In this document: one piece after another, positions 23,203 to 31,891 of the stretch | Position numbering within the stretch: position 1 is the stretch's first letter | Layout: the number at the start of each line of letters is the position of its first letter | Origin: a virus | Virus record (IMG/VR): IMGVR_UViG_3300010167_000030 | Location: 1-49,442 of that record | Length of the DNA stretch: 49,442 bases | Reading direction: 5' to 3' (one strand) | Made by a program: the position numbers and the translations under genes | Notes under the pieces: model-generated | What the model saw: only the letters and a program-made list of their open reading frames with translations | What the model was told of the DNA's origin: nothing | The model's database searches: none

Positions 23203-25848
23203 ATGAACACAATCGCAAGAGAAATCCTGACGCATTATGGAATGCCTAGACGTTCTGGACGATATCCTTATGGTTCTGGGGATAATCCCTATCAACGAAG
23301 TGGCGATTTTTTAAGCCGAATAGAAGAGTTAAAAAAAGAGGGGAAAACCGATAAAGATATTTATGAATTAATGGGGCTTAAATCATCTGAATATAGAATT
23401 CAAAAAGCATTGGCGAACGACGAAAGAAGGTCACTTCTGGTTTCTCAAGCAAAAGCATTAAAAGATAAAGGATATAGTTTAAAAGAAATTACAAGAAGAA
23501 TGGGATATTCGAGCGATTCATCAGTAAGATCCCTTCTTGATGAAAGAGCAGAAGGTAGAATGAATCAAGCAAGGAACACTGCCGACATTCTTAAAAAAGA
23601 GATTGATAAAAAAGGAATGATCGATGTTGGCATAGGCGTAGAAAAAGAACTTAACATTTCTTCGGAAATGAAAAAACAAGCATTATATTTACTTGAGATG
23701 GAAGGGTATCCTGTTTACGGCGGACGTCGTTCGCAAATCACTAACCCAGGAAAGAAAACTACTTTACTAATTGCATGTCCTCCCGGTACTGAGCATAAGG
23801 AAATTTTTAATGCTGAAAACGTTCATTCCCTTAAGGATTATATTTCTTATGATGGCGGCTATACATATAAAAAACCGTTCGTCTACCCAAAGAGTATGGA
23901 TTCGAATCGTATTAAAATTAATTATGCGGAAGAAGGAGGGGATAAGGAAGATGGGCTTATTTATATTCGTAGAAACGTAGAAGATTTAAGTTTAGGGAAA
24001 GCTCACTATGCGCAAGTAAGAATTCTTGTAGATAATGATAAGTATTTAAAAGGGATGGCCGTTTATTCGGATAATATGCCAGATGGCATTGATGTTATAT
24101 TTAATACTAATAAAAAAATAGGAACGGATAAATCAAAAGTTTTTAAATCGATTAGTAATGATCCAAATAATCCATTCGGATCTCTTATAAAAGAAAAAGG
24201 AGGTCAAAGTTATTATCTGGATAAAAATGGAGTGGACCAGTTATCGTTAATAAATAAAAGAGCCGAAGAAGGAGACTGGAAAGATTGGTCTAATAAATTA
24301 GCTTCTCAATTTTTATCAAAACAAAATAAAGCTTTAATAGATAAACAATTGAATTTGACAATCGCCGATAAAATGGAAGAATTTGATGAGATTCGTTCGT
24401 ATACAAACCCAACAATTAAGAAAATACTGTTAAACTCTTTTGCTGACGATTGCGATGCTGCCGCGGTTCATTTAAAAGCTACCGCGTTGCCGAGACAGCA
24501 ATATCATGTCATTTTGCCAATTACCACAATGAAAGATAACGAAGTATATGCTCCGAATTATGAAAATGGAGAAAAATTAGCACTCGTAAGATTTCCACAC
24601 GGAGGAACTTTTGAAATACCAATTCTTACCGTTAATAACAAACAGCAGGATGCCAAAAAAATACTTGAAAATAGCATAGATGCTATAGGCATTAATAGTC
24701 AAGTAGCTTCGAGGCTATCGGGGGCTGACTTTGACGGCGATGCAGTAATGACTATACCGATTACTAATAAAATAAAAATCAGTCACGAGCCTCCATTGAA
24801 AGAACTTGAAGGATTTGACGTTAAATTAGAGTATCCATATCGAGAAGGCATGAAAAAAATGACGAACACCCAAAACGAAATGGGCAAAATCACGAATCTA
24901 ATTACTGATATGACCTTAAAAGGAGCAACTAAAGAAGAATTAGCAAAAGCCGTTAAACATAGTATGGTTGTAATAGATGCTGAGAATCATAATCTTAACT
25001 ATAAACAGAGTGAAATCGACAATAATATTTCTGCTTTAAAAACGCGTTATCAAGAAGGCGGAGCTTCAACGTTACTGTCAAGGGCTAAATCACGAACGAC
25101 AATAATTAAGAGACGAGGAAGCCCTAAAATCAATCCGCAAACTGGAGAATTAGAATGGAAAGAGACGGAAAATCCGACATATGTAGACGAAAAAGGAAAA
25201 ATTAAAACAAAAACTCAAAGAAGTACAAAAATGGCCGAAACAAAAGATGCTAGAACATTGTCTTCGGGGACTCCACAAGAAGAAGCATACGCCATATATG
25301 CTAATAAAATGAAAGCCATGGCCAACGAAGCCCGTAAAGAAATGATTACTACTAAAAAGATACAATACTCCCCCTCTGCGAAAGCCGTATACCAGCAAGA
25401 AGTTAATTCGTTATTAGCTCAACTTAATATAGCATTAAAGAATGCCCCTCGTGAACGACAAGCTCAAGGCCTTGCCGGCGTTGCCGTGGCCGATAGGATT
25501 AAAGGAATTAAAGACATTAAAAAGAAAGAACTTAAGAAACTTAATCAACAAGCCATTACCGCTACTAGAATAACAGTTGGCGCCCAAAGACATCCCATTA
25601 AAATTTCAGATCGAGAATGGGAAGCGATTCAAGCTGGAGCAATTAGTGAGAATATGCTTATTAAAATTATTAAAAATGCTAATATTGATGAACTTAAAGT
25701 TCGAGCTACTCCACGAGCTACAACAAACTTGAGCGCTGCTAAAATTAATAAAATTTCTTCTATGAATTCTTCTGGTTACACAATTAAAGAAATCGCAAAA
25801 GCTATTAATGTATCAACTTCGACCGTATCCAAGTATTTAAAAAATTGA
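23203..25848 (+). CDS. Candidate single-subunit double-psi-beta-barrel RNA polymerase (YonO-like)
   Basis: LVRFPHGGTFEIPILTV...IGINSQVASRLSGADFDGDAVMTIP. The GADFDGD sits at DNA 24721-24741 and matches the NADFDGD metal loop of beta-prime and the DxDGD of YonO/RdRP-type enzymes. HTH-like segments near both termini. Confidence 0.6.
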   Translation: MNTIAREILTHYGMPRRSGRYPYGSGDNPYQRSGDFLSRIEELKKEGKTDKDIYELMGLKSSEYRIQKALANDERRSLLVSQAKALKDKGYSLKEITRRMGYSSDSSVRSLLDERAEGRMNQARNTADILKKEIDKKGMIDVGIGVEKELNISSEMKKQALYLLEMEGYPVYGGRRSQITNPGKKTTLLIACPPGTEHKEIFNAENVHSLKDYISYDGGYTYKKPFVYPKSMDSNRIKINYAEEGGDKEDGLIYIRRNVEDLSLGKAHYAQVRILVDNDKYLKGMAVYSDNMPDGIDVIFNTNKKIGTDKSKVFKSISNDPNNPFGSLIKEKGGQSYYLDKNGVDQLSLINKRAEEGDWKDWSNKLASQFLSKQNKALIDKQLNLTIADKMEEFDEIRSYTNPTIKKILLNSFADDCDAAAVHLKATALPRQQYHVILPITTMKDNEVYAPNYENGEKLALVRFPHGGTFEIPILTVNNKQQDAKKILENSIDAIGINSQVASRLSGADFDGDAVMTIPITNKIKISHEPPLKELEGFDVKLEYPYREGMKKMTNTQNEMGKITNLITDMTLKGATKEELAKAVKHSMVVIDAENHNLNYKQSEIDNNISALKTRYQEGGASTLLSRAKSRTTIIKRRGSPKINPQTGELEWKETENPTYVDEKGKIKTKTQRSTKMAETKDARTLSSGTPQEEAYAIYANKMKAMANEARKEMITTKKIQYSPSAKAVYQQEVNSLLAQLNIALKNAPRERQAQGLAGVAVADRIKGIKDIKKKELKKLNQQAITATRITVGAQRHPIKISDREWEAIQAGAISENMLIKIIKNANIDELKVRATPRATTNLSAAKINKISSMNSSGYTIKEIAKAINVSTSTVSKYLKN

Positions 25849-25867
25849 AAGGAGTGAACAAAGTAAA

Positions 25868-26107
25868 ATGACTTATGCAATAACAACGCATGACAATCCT
25901 TATGACCCGTTTGAACAGTTCCTTCCTTGGTTTCTGTTCGATGAAGAAAAAGGATATCACTCTTGTTCTCGTTTAGGAAGGATTGCACAAACATCCAATC
26001 AGTATTCAGAGCAAGAAAACGATCAAGAAATAGAAAGAGCAATTGATGAAATCATTAAATACGATATTTTGAATGTTTATAAGAAAGTAAAAAGGAGAAG
26101 GCAGTAG
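25868..26107 (+). CDS. Hypothetical protein
   Basis: 79-aa ORF with an RBS upstream. Confidence 0.65.
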   Translation: MTYAITTHDNPYDPFEQFLPWFLFDEEKGYHSCSRLGRIAQTSNQYSEQENDQEIERAIDEIIKYDILNVYKKVKRRRQ

Positions 26108-26131
26108 AGGGCATCACATCCTAATGGGTAT

Positions 26132-26158
26132 GGGGGGTATTTTAAAGCGACACCCCCC
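26132..26158. repeat. G7/C7 inverted repeat in the pre-terminase spacer
   Basis: GGGGGGT (26132-26138) and ACCCCCC (26152-26158). GC-rich island in an AT-rich genome. Confidence 0.8.
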
Positions 26159-26260
26159 TGTCCCATCGCGCTCACCTCATGAAATACCCCGGTGGTGATA
26201 TTTTTAGGTAGTAAAAAAACCGAGGGTAATAATTAAGCTCATACTTTTGTTTACGATAGC

Positions 26261-26362
26261 ATTTAAACGGGTTCGTAGCGTTGATTACTAGCACATGTCT
26301 TTTTTTCTCTTGCTCTCCTTTCAAAGAAAAGAGGCATATCAATTCTGCGAACTCGTTTAAAT
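26261..26362. repeat. 15-bp long-range inverted repeat in the pre-terminase spacer (cos/pac or late-control candidate)
   Basis: ATTTAAACGGGTTCG (26261-26275) against CGAACTCGTTTAAAT (26348-26362), 14 of 15 complementary. Confidence 0.75.
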
Positions 26363-26404
26363 ACTATTTAAGTCGTTTTATTTGGAGAAAGGAGGAGGAA
26401 GAAT

Positions 26405-26749
26405 ATGAAAAAAGCGAAAACAATAAGTTCTTCCTCTGACACAAAAAAGGTAAGGCCTGCATTAACACCAGAGGCTAGGGAGAATCAATTAGTATGTCTG
26501 GCAGTTGACCTCGCCGAACAACAATTAATCGATGGAACTGCCTCTTCGCAAGTTATTACGCATTATTTAAAACTAGGATCGACAAAAGATCGAATCGAGA
26601 AAGAGATTCTTGAAAAGCAGAAAGAACTTATTGCAGCAAAAACGGAATCACTACAATCAGCAAAGCGAGTCGAGGAACTCTATATTAATGCACTTAATGC
26701 GATGAGGTCATATACAAGCGTTCAAGGAGGAGATGAAGAGTATGATTAG
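26405..26749 (+). CDS. Putative terminase small subunit
   Basis: 114 aa. First gene after the 300-bp spacer, immediately upstream of HNH. The ENQLVCLAVDLAEQQLIDGTASSQVITHYLKLGS pattern is one I recall from small-terminase annotations. Positional and weak. Confidence 0.45.
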   Translation: MKKAKTISSSSDTKKVRPALTPEARENQLVCLAVDLAEQQLIDGTASSQVITHYLKLGSTKDRIEKEILEKQKELIAAKTESLQSAKRVEELYINALNAMRSYTSVQGGDEEYD

Positions 26750-27158
26750 ATGTTATAGAGAACTTATTCTCCTACCTACTTTCGAAGAACGTTTTGAGTA
26801 TTTAAGGCTCGGGGCAATGGTCGCTCAAGAAACATTTGGTTATAGTCGATATTTAAATCAGGTTTTGTATACGTCTCTTTTATGGAGACAAACAAAAGAT
26901 GAAATCTTAATTCGCGATAACGGATGCGACCTTGGAATTATTGGAAGAGAGATATTTGATCGGCCACTAATTCATCATATCAATCCAATAACCATGGAGA
27001 ACATTAAGAATCGAGATGACTGTATCATTGATCCCGAAAATCTTATAACCACCGTTCACAATACCCATAACGCAATACATTATGGCGATGCATCATTACT
27101 AATAAGATTACCACCGGAAAGAAAGAAAGGAGATACCAATTTATGGAAAGTATATTGA
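26742..27158 (+). CDS. HNH endonuclease (packaging-associated)
   Basis: DNGCDLG...IHHINPIT...NLITTVHNTHNAIH. ATG at 26742 is better spaced from GAGGAG than 26733. Confidence 0.8.
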   Translation: MIRCYRELILLPTFEERFEYLRLGAMVAQETFGYSRYLNQVLYTSLLWRQTKDEILIRDNGCDLGIIGREIFDRPLIHHINPITMENIKNRDDCIIDPENLITTVHNTHNAIHYGDASLLIRLPPERKKGDTNLWKVY

Positions 27159-27502
27159 CTTCGATAAAAAAACTTCTTGGCATCGAAAAAGAATACGAAC
27201 ACTTTGATTCTGAGTTGATAGTCTTTATTAATGGCGCCTTAATGAATGCAAACCAATTAGGAATAGGCCCAAAAGAAGGTTTCTTCATAACCGGCGATTC
27301 TGAAACATGGGAGGATTTCGTTGGAAATCGAATAGCAGAGCTTGAGGCAATTCAGACGTACGTCTTTCAGAAAGTGAAGTTGGCTTTCGACCCTCCTCAA
27401 ATTGGATTTTTAGTTGATGCTTTGCAGAAACAAATACTTGAACTTGAATGGCGATTAAACGTTCAAATAGAAACGCCAAAGGAGAAGGAGGAAGAGAAAT
27501 GA
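27143..27502 (+). CDS. Putative head-tail connector (gp6-like) protein
   Basis: ILTSIKKLLGI..EYEHFDSELIVFINGALMNANQLGIGP...WRLNV resembles phage gp6-like connector/DNA-packaging proteins. From memory. Confidence 0.45.
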   Translation: MESILTSIKKLLGIEKEYEHFDSELIVFINGALMNANQLGIGPKEGFFITGDSETWEDFVGNRIAELEAIQTYVFQKVKLAFDPPQIGFLVDALQKQILELEWRLNVQIETPKEKEEEK

Positions 27503-27897
27503 ACAGCGAGTTAACTCATTACGGCATCCTCGGTATGAAATGGGGGATAAGGCGTTTTCAGAATTCCGACGGATCTCGAACTGCTGAAGGAAGAAAACGA
27601 GAAGCAATGAAGAAAATTAAAGATCAGCGAATTAAAGATAAAAAATATCGTTCTTTAATGTCAGACGAAGAATTATTTAGAAAGCTAGGACGCTTAGAAA
27701 AAGAAAAGAAATTTCGCGAACTTACGCAACAAGAAGTTGCACCAGGTCGTACGGCAGCTTCAAAGATTCTTAAAGATATAGGAAGAACTGCTGTTGTAAC
27801 GGTTGGAGTTGGCGCTAGTGTATATACAGTTAGAGCCGTGTTACAAAAGAAATTCGATCCCAAAGAATTAGCCAGGGCGCTTACGCCAAAAAAATAA
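27499..27897 (+). CDS. THYGILGMKWG-motif protein 1 (basic, C-terminal hydrophobic helix)
   Basis: ATGA-coupled start. N-terminus MNSELTHYGILGMKWGIRRFQNSDGSRTAEGRKR. C-terminus GRTAVVTVGVGASVYTVRAVL. Confidence 0.75.
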   Translation: MNSELTHYGILGMKWGIRRFQNSDGSRTAEGRKREAMKKIKDQRIKDKKYRSLMSDEELFRKLGRLEKEKKFRELTQQEVAPGRTAASKILKDIGRTAVVTVGVGASVYTVRAVLQKKFDPKELARALTPKK

Positions 27898-27898
27898 A

Positions 27899-28267
27899 TT
27901 ATTTAGGAACGAGTTTACTAATTTCTTTTACTAATTTTGGTCCCTCGTTCGACACTACTTTAATGCCTTCTTTGATAGCTTCGGCAGCTTTTGGCATAGC
28001 AACTATTGTGGTAGGAATTACTGTTATAGCATTTTTAGCGAGTTGTATCCGTTTTTCTTTAAGTTTTTCATCTTTAGCAATGCAAGAAGGACAAAAGGGC
28101 TCGTCTTTATCGGTAATTGGTAAAAGCGCATAGCATCTTCTTTTTCTGCAAACATATTGGAGATCGTTTTTACAAAATGGACAATACTTATAACTCATGT
28201 TGAATTTAGTTTTGGTTTTATTGGCGTCGCATTCTCGATTAAAACATCCTTTTTGCTTTTTCATCAT
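27899..28267 (-). CDS. Zinc-ribbon protein (the only minus-strand gene)
   Basis: 122 aa. CFNREC..(18)..CPFC..(9)..C...(17)..CPSC. AAGGAG RBS and its own sigma-A-type promoter. Confidence 0.75.
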   Translation of the reverse strand: MMKKQKGCFNRECDANKTKTKFNMSYKYCPFCKNDLQYVCRKRRCYALLPITDKDEPFCPSCIAKDEKLKEKRIQLAKNAITVIPTTIVAMPKAAEAIKEGIKVVSNEGPKLVKEISKLVPK

Positions 28268-28298
28268 TTAATCTCCTTTGCATAATGGGTGTTTAATA

Positions 28299-28327
28299 AT
28301 ATTATCATCAAAAGGAGGAAATTACAA
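28299..28327 (-). promoter_or_regulatory. Canonical sigma-A-type promoter for the antisense zinc-ribbon gene
   Basis: On the minus strand: TTGTAA, 17-nt spacer ending in TGa, then TAATAT. The -35 overlaps the ATG of the + strand gene at 28327. Confidence 0.55.
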
Positions 28328-28863
28328 TGGCTAATAATGAACTCACACACTATGGGATCCTCGGAATGAAATGGGGAGTTAGAAGGTATCAGAATCCAGA
28401 TGGGTCTTTAACCGAAGTAGGTAAAAAACGCGTTGGAAAAATCGCAAAAAGCGCTGGAAGAAGCTATGCGACCTCGGCTAACATTAGAAAAGATACATTA
28501 AAAGTAGTAAGAGAATCGAAGAAAAGCGCTAAAGAAGCAGAAGAATTTAGTCGAGAACATGCGAAAAAAGGAAATAAAATAAGATCTTGGATTGGCGCTG
28601 CCTCGGCGTACTATAATAAACAGGATGCGAAAGAGATGAGAAGTATTGGGTTAAAAGATGCGAAGAGATGGATCGAATATGGAGACTATAGAAAACAAAA
28701 AGCTTACGATTTTGTTGACAAATACAATAAAGGAAATAAAAAAACAAAAAAATTAGTCGACGCCACGATTCAACAATATTCTAATACATCTTACAAATTA
28801 TTTACGACCAATTATCAAAACGATCTTAAAAAACAAGTACAAGGAATAAGAGCGGTTAGATAA
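28327..28863 (+). CDS. THYGILGMKWG-motif protein 2 (Lys-rich)
   Basis: N-terminus MANNELTHYGILGMKWGVRRYQNPDGSLTEVGKKR. Confidence 0.8.
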   Translation: MANNELTHYGILGMKWGVRRYQNPDGSLTEVGKKRVGKIAKSAGRSYATSANIRKDTLKVVRESKKSAKEAEEFSREHAKKGNKIRSWIGAASAYYNKQDAKEMRSIGLKDAKRWIEYGDYRKQKAYDFVDKYNKGNKKTKKLVDATIQQYSNTSYKLFTTNYQNDLKKQVQGIRAVR

Positions 28864-28896
28864 TTCATTATTAAACAAAAATAAGGAGAATCAATC

Positions 28897-30642
28897 ATGG
28901 CACTCTCAAACACCGCCGTTCCCAAGTATTACGGCTTGTTTAGAGATGCCGTAATCCAAGGATACATTCCTGTAAATAAAGAAATCTCAATGGAGATGAA
29001 TCGTATCGATGATTTAATTGAAAACCGAGGAGTTTATTACGATGAAGATGCAATTGAAGGGTATGTTCAATTTTGTGAATGCGAATTGACTCTTACAGAT
29101 GGTTCTAATTTAAAACTTCTCGATACTTTTAAATTATGGGCAGAGCAAATATTTGGTTGGTACTATTTTGTAGAACGAAGTGTTTATGAACCAACCGAAG
29201 ATGGTTATGGCGGGCGCTATGTCCGTAAGATGATTAAAAAGCGACTGACGAATAAACAATATTTGATTGTTGCCCGTGGCGCTGCTAAATCGATGTATGG
29301 GTCCTCTATCCATAATTACTTTCTTAATGTCGATACGACTACCACGCATCAAATTACAACGGCCCCTACTATGAAACAAGCCGAAGAAGTAATGTCTCCA
29401 ATACGTACCGCTATTACACGGGCACGCGGTCCTTTGTTTCAATTTTTAACCGAGGGGTCGCTACAGAATACTACGGGTTCTAGGGCAAATCGACAGAAGC
29501 TCGCTTCGACTAAAAAAGGGATTGAGAACTTTTTAACCGGATCGCTACTTGAGGTCAGGCCCATGTCAATCGATAAGCTACAAGGTTTAAGGCCAAAGAT
29601 TTCAACCATTGATGAATGGCTTTCCGGCGATATTCGAGAGGATGTTGTCGGAGCAATCGAGCAAGGGGCTTCCAAGCTTGATGACTATTTAATTATTGCA
29701 ATGAGTTCTGAAGGCACGGTTCGAAATAGTTCGGGCGATACAATTAAAATGGAATTAATGGAGATTCTTAAAGGAGACTACGTTAATCCTCATGTTTCTA
29801 TTTGGTATTACCGATTAGATGACGTAATAGAGATAAATGACCCGGCAACCTGGGTAAAAGCTCAACCAAACATTGGGAAAACCGTTACATACGAAGCCTA
29901 TCAACTTGATGTAGAGAGAGCTGAAAACGCTCCGGCGACAAGAAACGATATTTTGGCAAAACGTTTCGGGATTCCGATGGAGGGCTATACTTATTACTTC
30001 ACTTATGAAGAAACGCTTCCGCATCGTGTGCGGGATTATTGGCAACTGCCTTGTGCATTAGGAGGAGACCTGTCACAAGGAGATGACTTTTGTTCGTTTA
30101 CATTTTTGTTCCCTTTGCAGAATGGGTGTTTTGGCGTTAAGACTCGTAACTATATTTCATCGTTAACATTAATGAAATTACCAGCAGCAATGAGAATCAA
30201 ATATGATGAGTTTATTAACGAAGGAAGTTTAATGATACTTGATGGCACAGTTTTAGACATGATGGAAGTGTACGATGACTTGGATGAGCATATTACTGAA
30301 CGTGGTTATGACGTTCGTTGTTTTGGATATGATCCGTATAACGCAAAAGAATTTATTGAAAGGTGGGCGGCCGAGAACGGGCCCTTTGGGATTGAGAAAG
30401 TAATTCAAGGAATAAAAAGTGAATCCGTGCCATTAGGAGAATTAAAGAAGCTCTCAGAAGAAAGAATGTTGTTGTTCGACGAAGAATTAATGACTTTTGC
30501 CATGGGCAACTGCATAACTTTAGAAGACACAAATGGTAATAGGAAATTGCTCAAGAAAAGGCAATCGCAAAAAATTGATGCTGTCGCGGCTATGATGGAC
30601 GCGTATATTGCCTATAAACGAAATCGAGATGCTTTTGAGTAA
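28897..30642 (+). CDS. terL: Terminase large subunit
   Basis: 581 aa. Walker-A-like LIVARGAAKSMYGS, then a C-terminal nuclease region with acidic motifs (GGDLSQGDDF, FGYDPYNA, IDAVAAMMDA). Position is consistent. Confidence 0.85.
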   Translation: MALSNTAVPKYYGLFRDAVIQGYIPVNKEISMEMNRIDDLIENRGVYYDEDAIEGYVQFCECELTLTDGSNLKLLDTFKLWAEQIFGWYYFVERSVYEPTEDGYGGRYVRKMIKKRLTNKQYLIVARGAAKSMYGSSIHNYFLNVDTTTTHQITTAPTMKQAEEVMSPIRTAITRARGPLFQFLTEGSLQNTTGSRANRQKLASTKKGIENFLTGSLLEVRPMSIDKLQGLRPKISTIDEWLSGDIREDVVGAIEQGASKLDDYLIIAMSSEGTVRNSSGDTIKMELMEILKGDYVNPHVSIWYYRLDDVIEINDPATWVKAQPNIGKTVTYEAYQLDVERAENAPATRNDILAKRFGIPMEGYTYYFTYEETLPHRVRDYWQLPCALGGDLSQGDDFCSFTFLFPLQNGCFGVKTRNYISSLTLMKLPAAMRIKYDEFINEGSLMILDGTVLDMMEVYDDLDEHITERGYDVRCFGYDPYNAKEFIERWAAENGPFGIEKVIQGIKSESVPLGELKKLSEERMLLFDEELMTFAMGNCITLEDTNGNRKLLKKRQSQKIDAVAAMMDAYIAYKRNRDAFE

Positions 30643-30655
30643 AGGAGGAATAATC

Positions 30656-31543
30656 ATGTGGGCTTATAACTATACCATATACCCTTCCGAGTTGTATCAT
30701 CATGGGGTTCTTGGAATGCGGTGGGGTAAAAGAAATGGCCCACCTTATCCTCTTGGAACAGAGGGGCGTCAAGCAAATAGAAGAGTATTTAGGAGAGAAG
30801 GTCGATCGGATGCGCCAAAAGAAAAATCTAAACATCGATCGAGATTAGAAGAGCGTTATCGTAGCAAGGGAATGAATCAATCAGAAGCCGAAAAAGCAGC
30901 TGCTAAAAGGATTAAAATTGAGAAAATTATAGCTGTTGCTGGCGTAATGACAGTTACTGCGGCTACGGCTTATGTGATACATAAGAAACTTGGGAAAGAA
31001 AAATTCGGAGGAATACTAAATAAATCAGTGTCAGAGATTACAAAACATGGTAAACTAAATTTACCAACGTGGGAACGTATTCCGACTACGAAAGAGGCTT
31101 TAAAAGCTTCTAATCCTTCTGGGCATACGAAAAATTGCGTAGGTTCGGTTCTTGCATTTGAATTAAATAAACAGGGGTATAAAGTAGAGGCCCTTTCTAG
31201 CAATACTCTCAGTTTAAAGGCTGTTTGCGATATTTTTGGTAAAAAAGCTAGCGATGTTAAAACCATTTCTTCAGAAACTGATAAAATCAAAGAACTTAAA
31301 CGAGTGTCGAATAGCTGGGGAGAAGGCTCAAGAGGATTTTTAGGTCTTTATATGAAAAACGGAGACCATCATGCGGCCGCTTTCGAGAGGGCGTTGCAAA
31401 AAACAGATTTCTTAGACCCACAAACAAAAAATGGTAATTTCGAAAAAGTTGTTGCTTCAGCGGAAAAGATTATATATTTTCGAATGGATAATGCGAATTT
31501 TGTAGAAGAAGCGATTTTACCATTTATAAAGAAATCAATCTAA
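30656..31543 (+). CDS. HHGVLGMRWG-motif protein 3: basic region + TM + papain-fold (Tox-PL1-like) C-terminal domain
   Basis: ELYHHGVLGMRWGKRNGPPYPLG. TM helix IIAVAGVMTVTAATAYVI. NPSGHTKNCVGSVLAFELNKQG (Cys) ... GDHHAAAFE (His) ... DFLDPQT. Confidence 0.7.
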   Translation: MWAYNYTIYPSELYHHGVLGMRWGKRNGPPYPLGTEGRQANRRVFRREGRSDAPKEKSKHRSRLEERYRSKGMNQSEAEKAAAKRIKIEKIIAVAGVMTVTAATAYVIHKKLGKEKFGGILNKSVSEITKHGKLNLPTWERIPTTKEALKASNPSGHTKNCVGSVLAFELNKQGYKVEALSSNTLSLKAVCDIFGKKASDVKTISSETDKIKELKRVSNSWGEGSRGFLGLYMKNGDHHAAAFERALQKTDFLDPQTKNGNFEKVVASAEKIIYFRMDNANFVEEAILPFIKKSI

Positions 31544-31551
31544 AACATTAT

Positions 31552-31581
31552 TACGCGTTAATAACACCTCCTTTTATGAAA
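31552..31581 (+). promoter_or_regulatory. Phage promoter-like motif copy P7 (inside the late region)
   Basis: CGCG(31554)-TTAATA-ACA-CCTCC-TTTTAT-GAAA, in exact register with P0-P6. Confidence 0.45.
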
Positions 31582-31616
31582 AACATTGAATTAAAATTTA
31601 AAGGAGGAAATGAACT

Positions 31617-31868
31617 ATGTTAAAGTATAAGCACATTGAGGCAAGTCGAGAGGTAAGACTTTGGTTAGGACAAATAATAATACCGGCCGTATTAGTAGGG
31701 ACGATAATACTTAATAACAACCCAAGGCTTAGATACTCGATTTCGAGAAAAATTAGAAAAACAAAAAACTCTATTGCGAATAGAATTCAAAAAATCAAAT
31801 GGAAAATAGAAAATAAAAAGAGAACAAGAAGGCTAATGAAATGGCAAGCAGAAAAAAGAGCATTATAA
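31617..31868 (+). CDS. Small TM protein with highly basic tail
   Basis: TM helix LWLGQIIIPAVLVGTIIL followed by a K/R-rich tail. Confidence 0.65.
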   Translation: MLKYKHIEASREVRLWLGQIIIPAVLVGTIILNNNPRLRYSISRKIRKTKNSIANRIQKIKWKIENKKRTRRLMKWQAEKRAL

Positions 31869-31891
31869 AATGTTTAAAAGGAGAGAAAGAA

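Noticed and set aside
26132-26158. The G7/C7 hairpin as the terminator of the gene at 25868-26107.
   Set aside because: No U-tract follows it (TGTCCCATCG), so it is kept as a repeat/cos-region feature rather than an intrinsic terminator.
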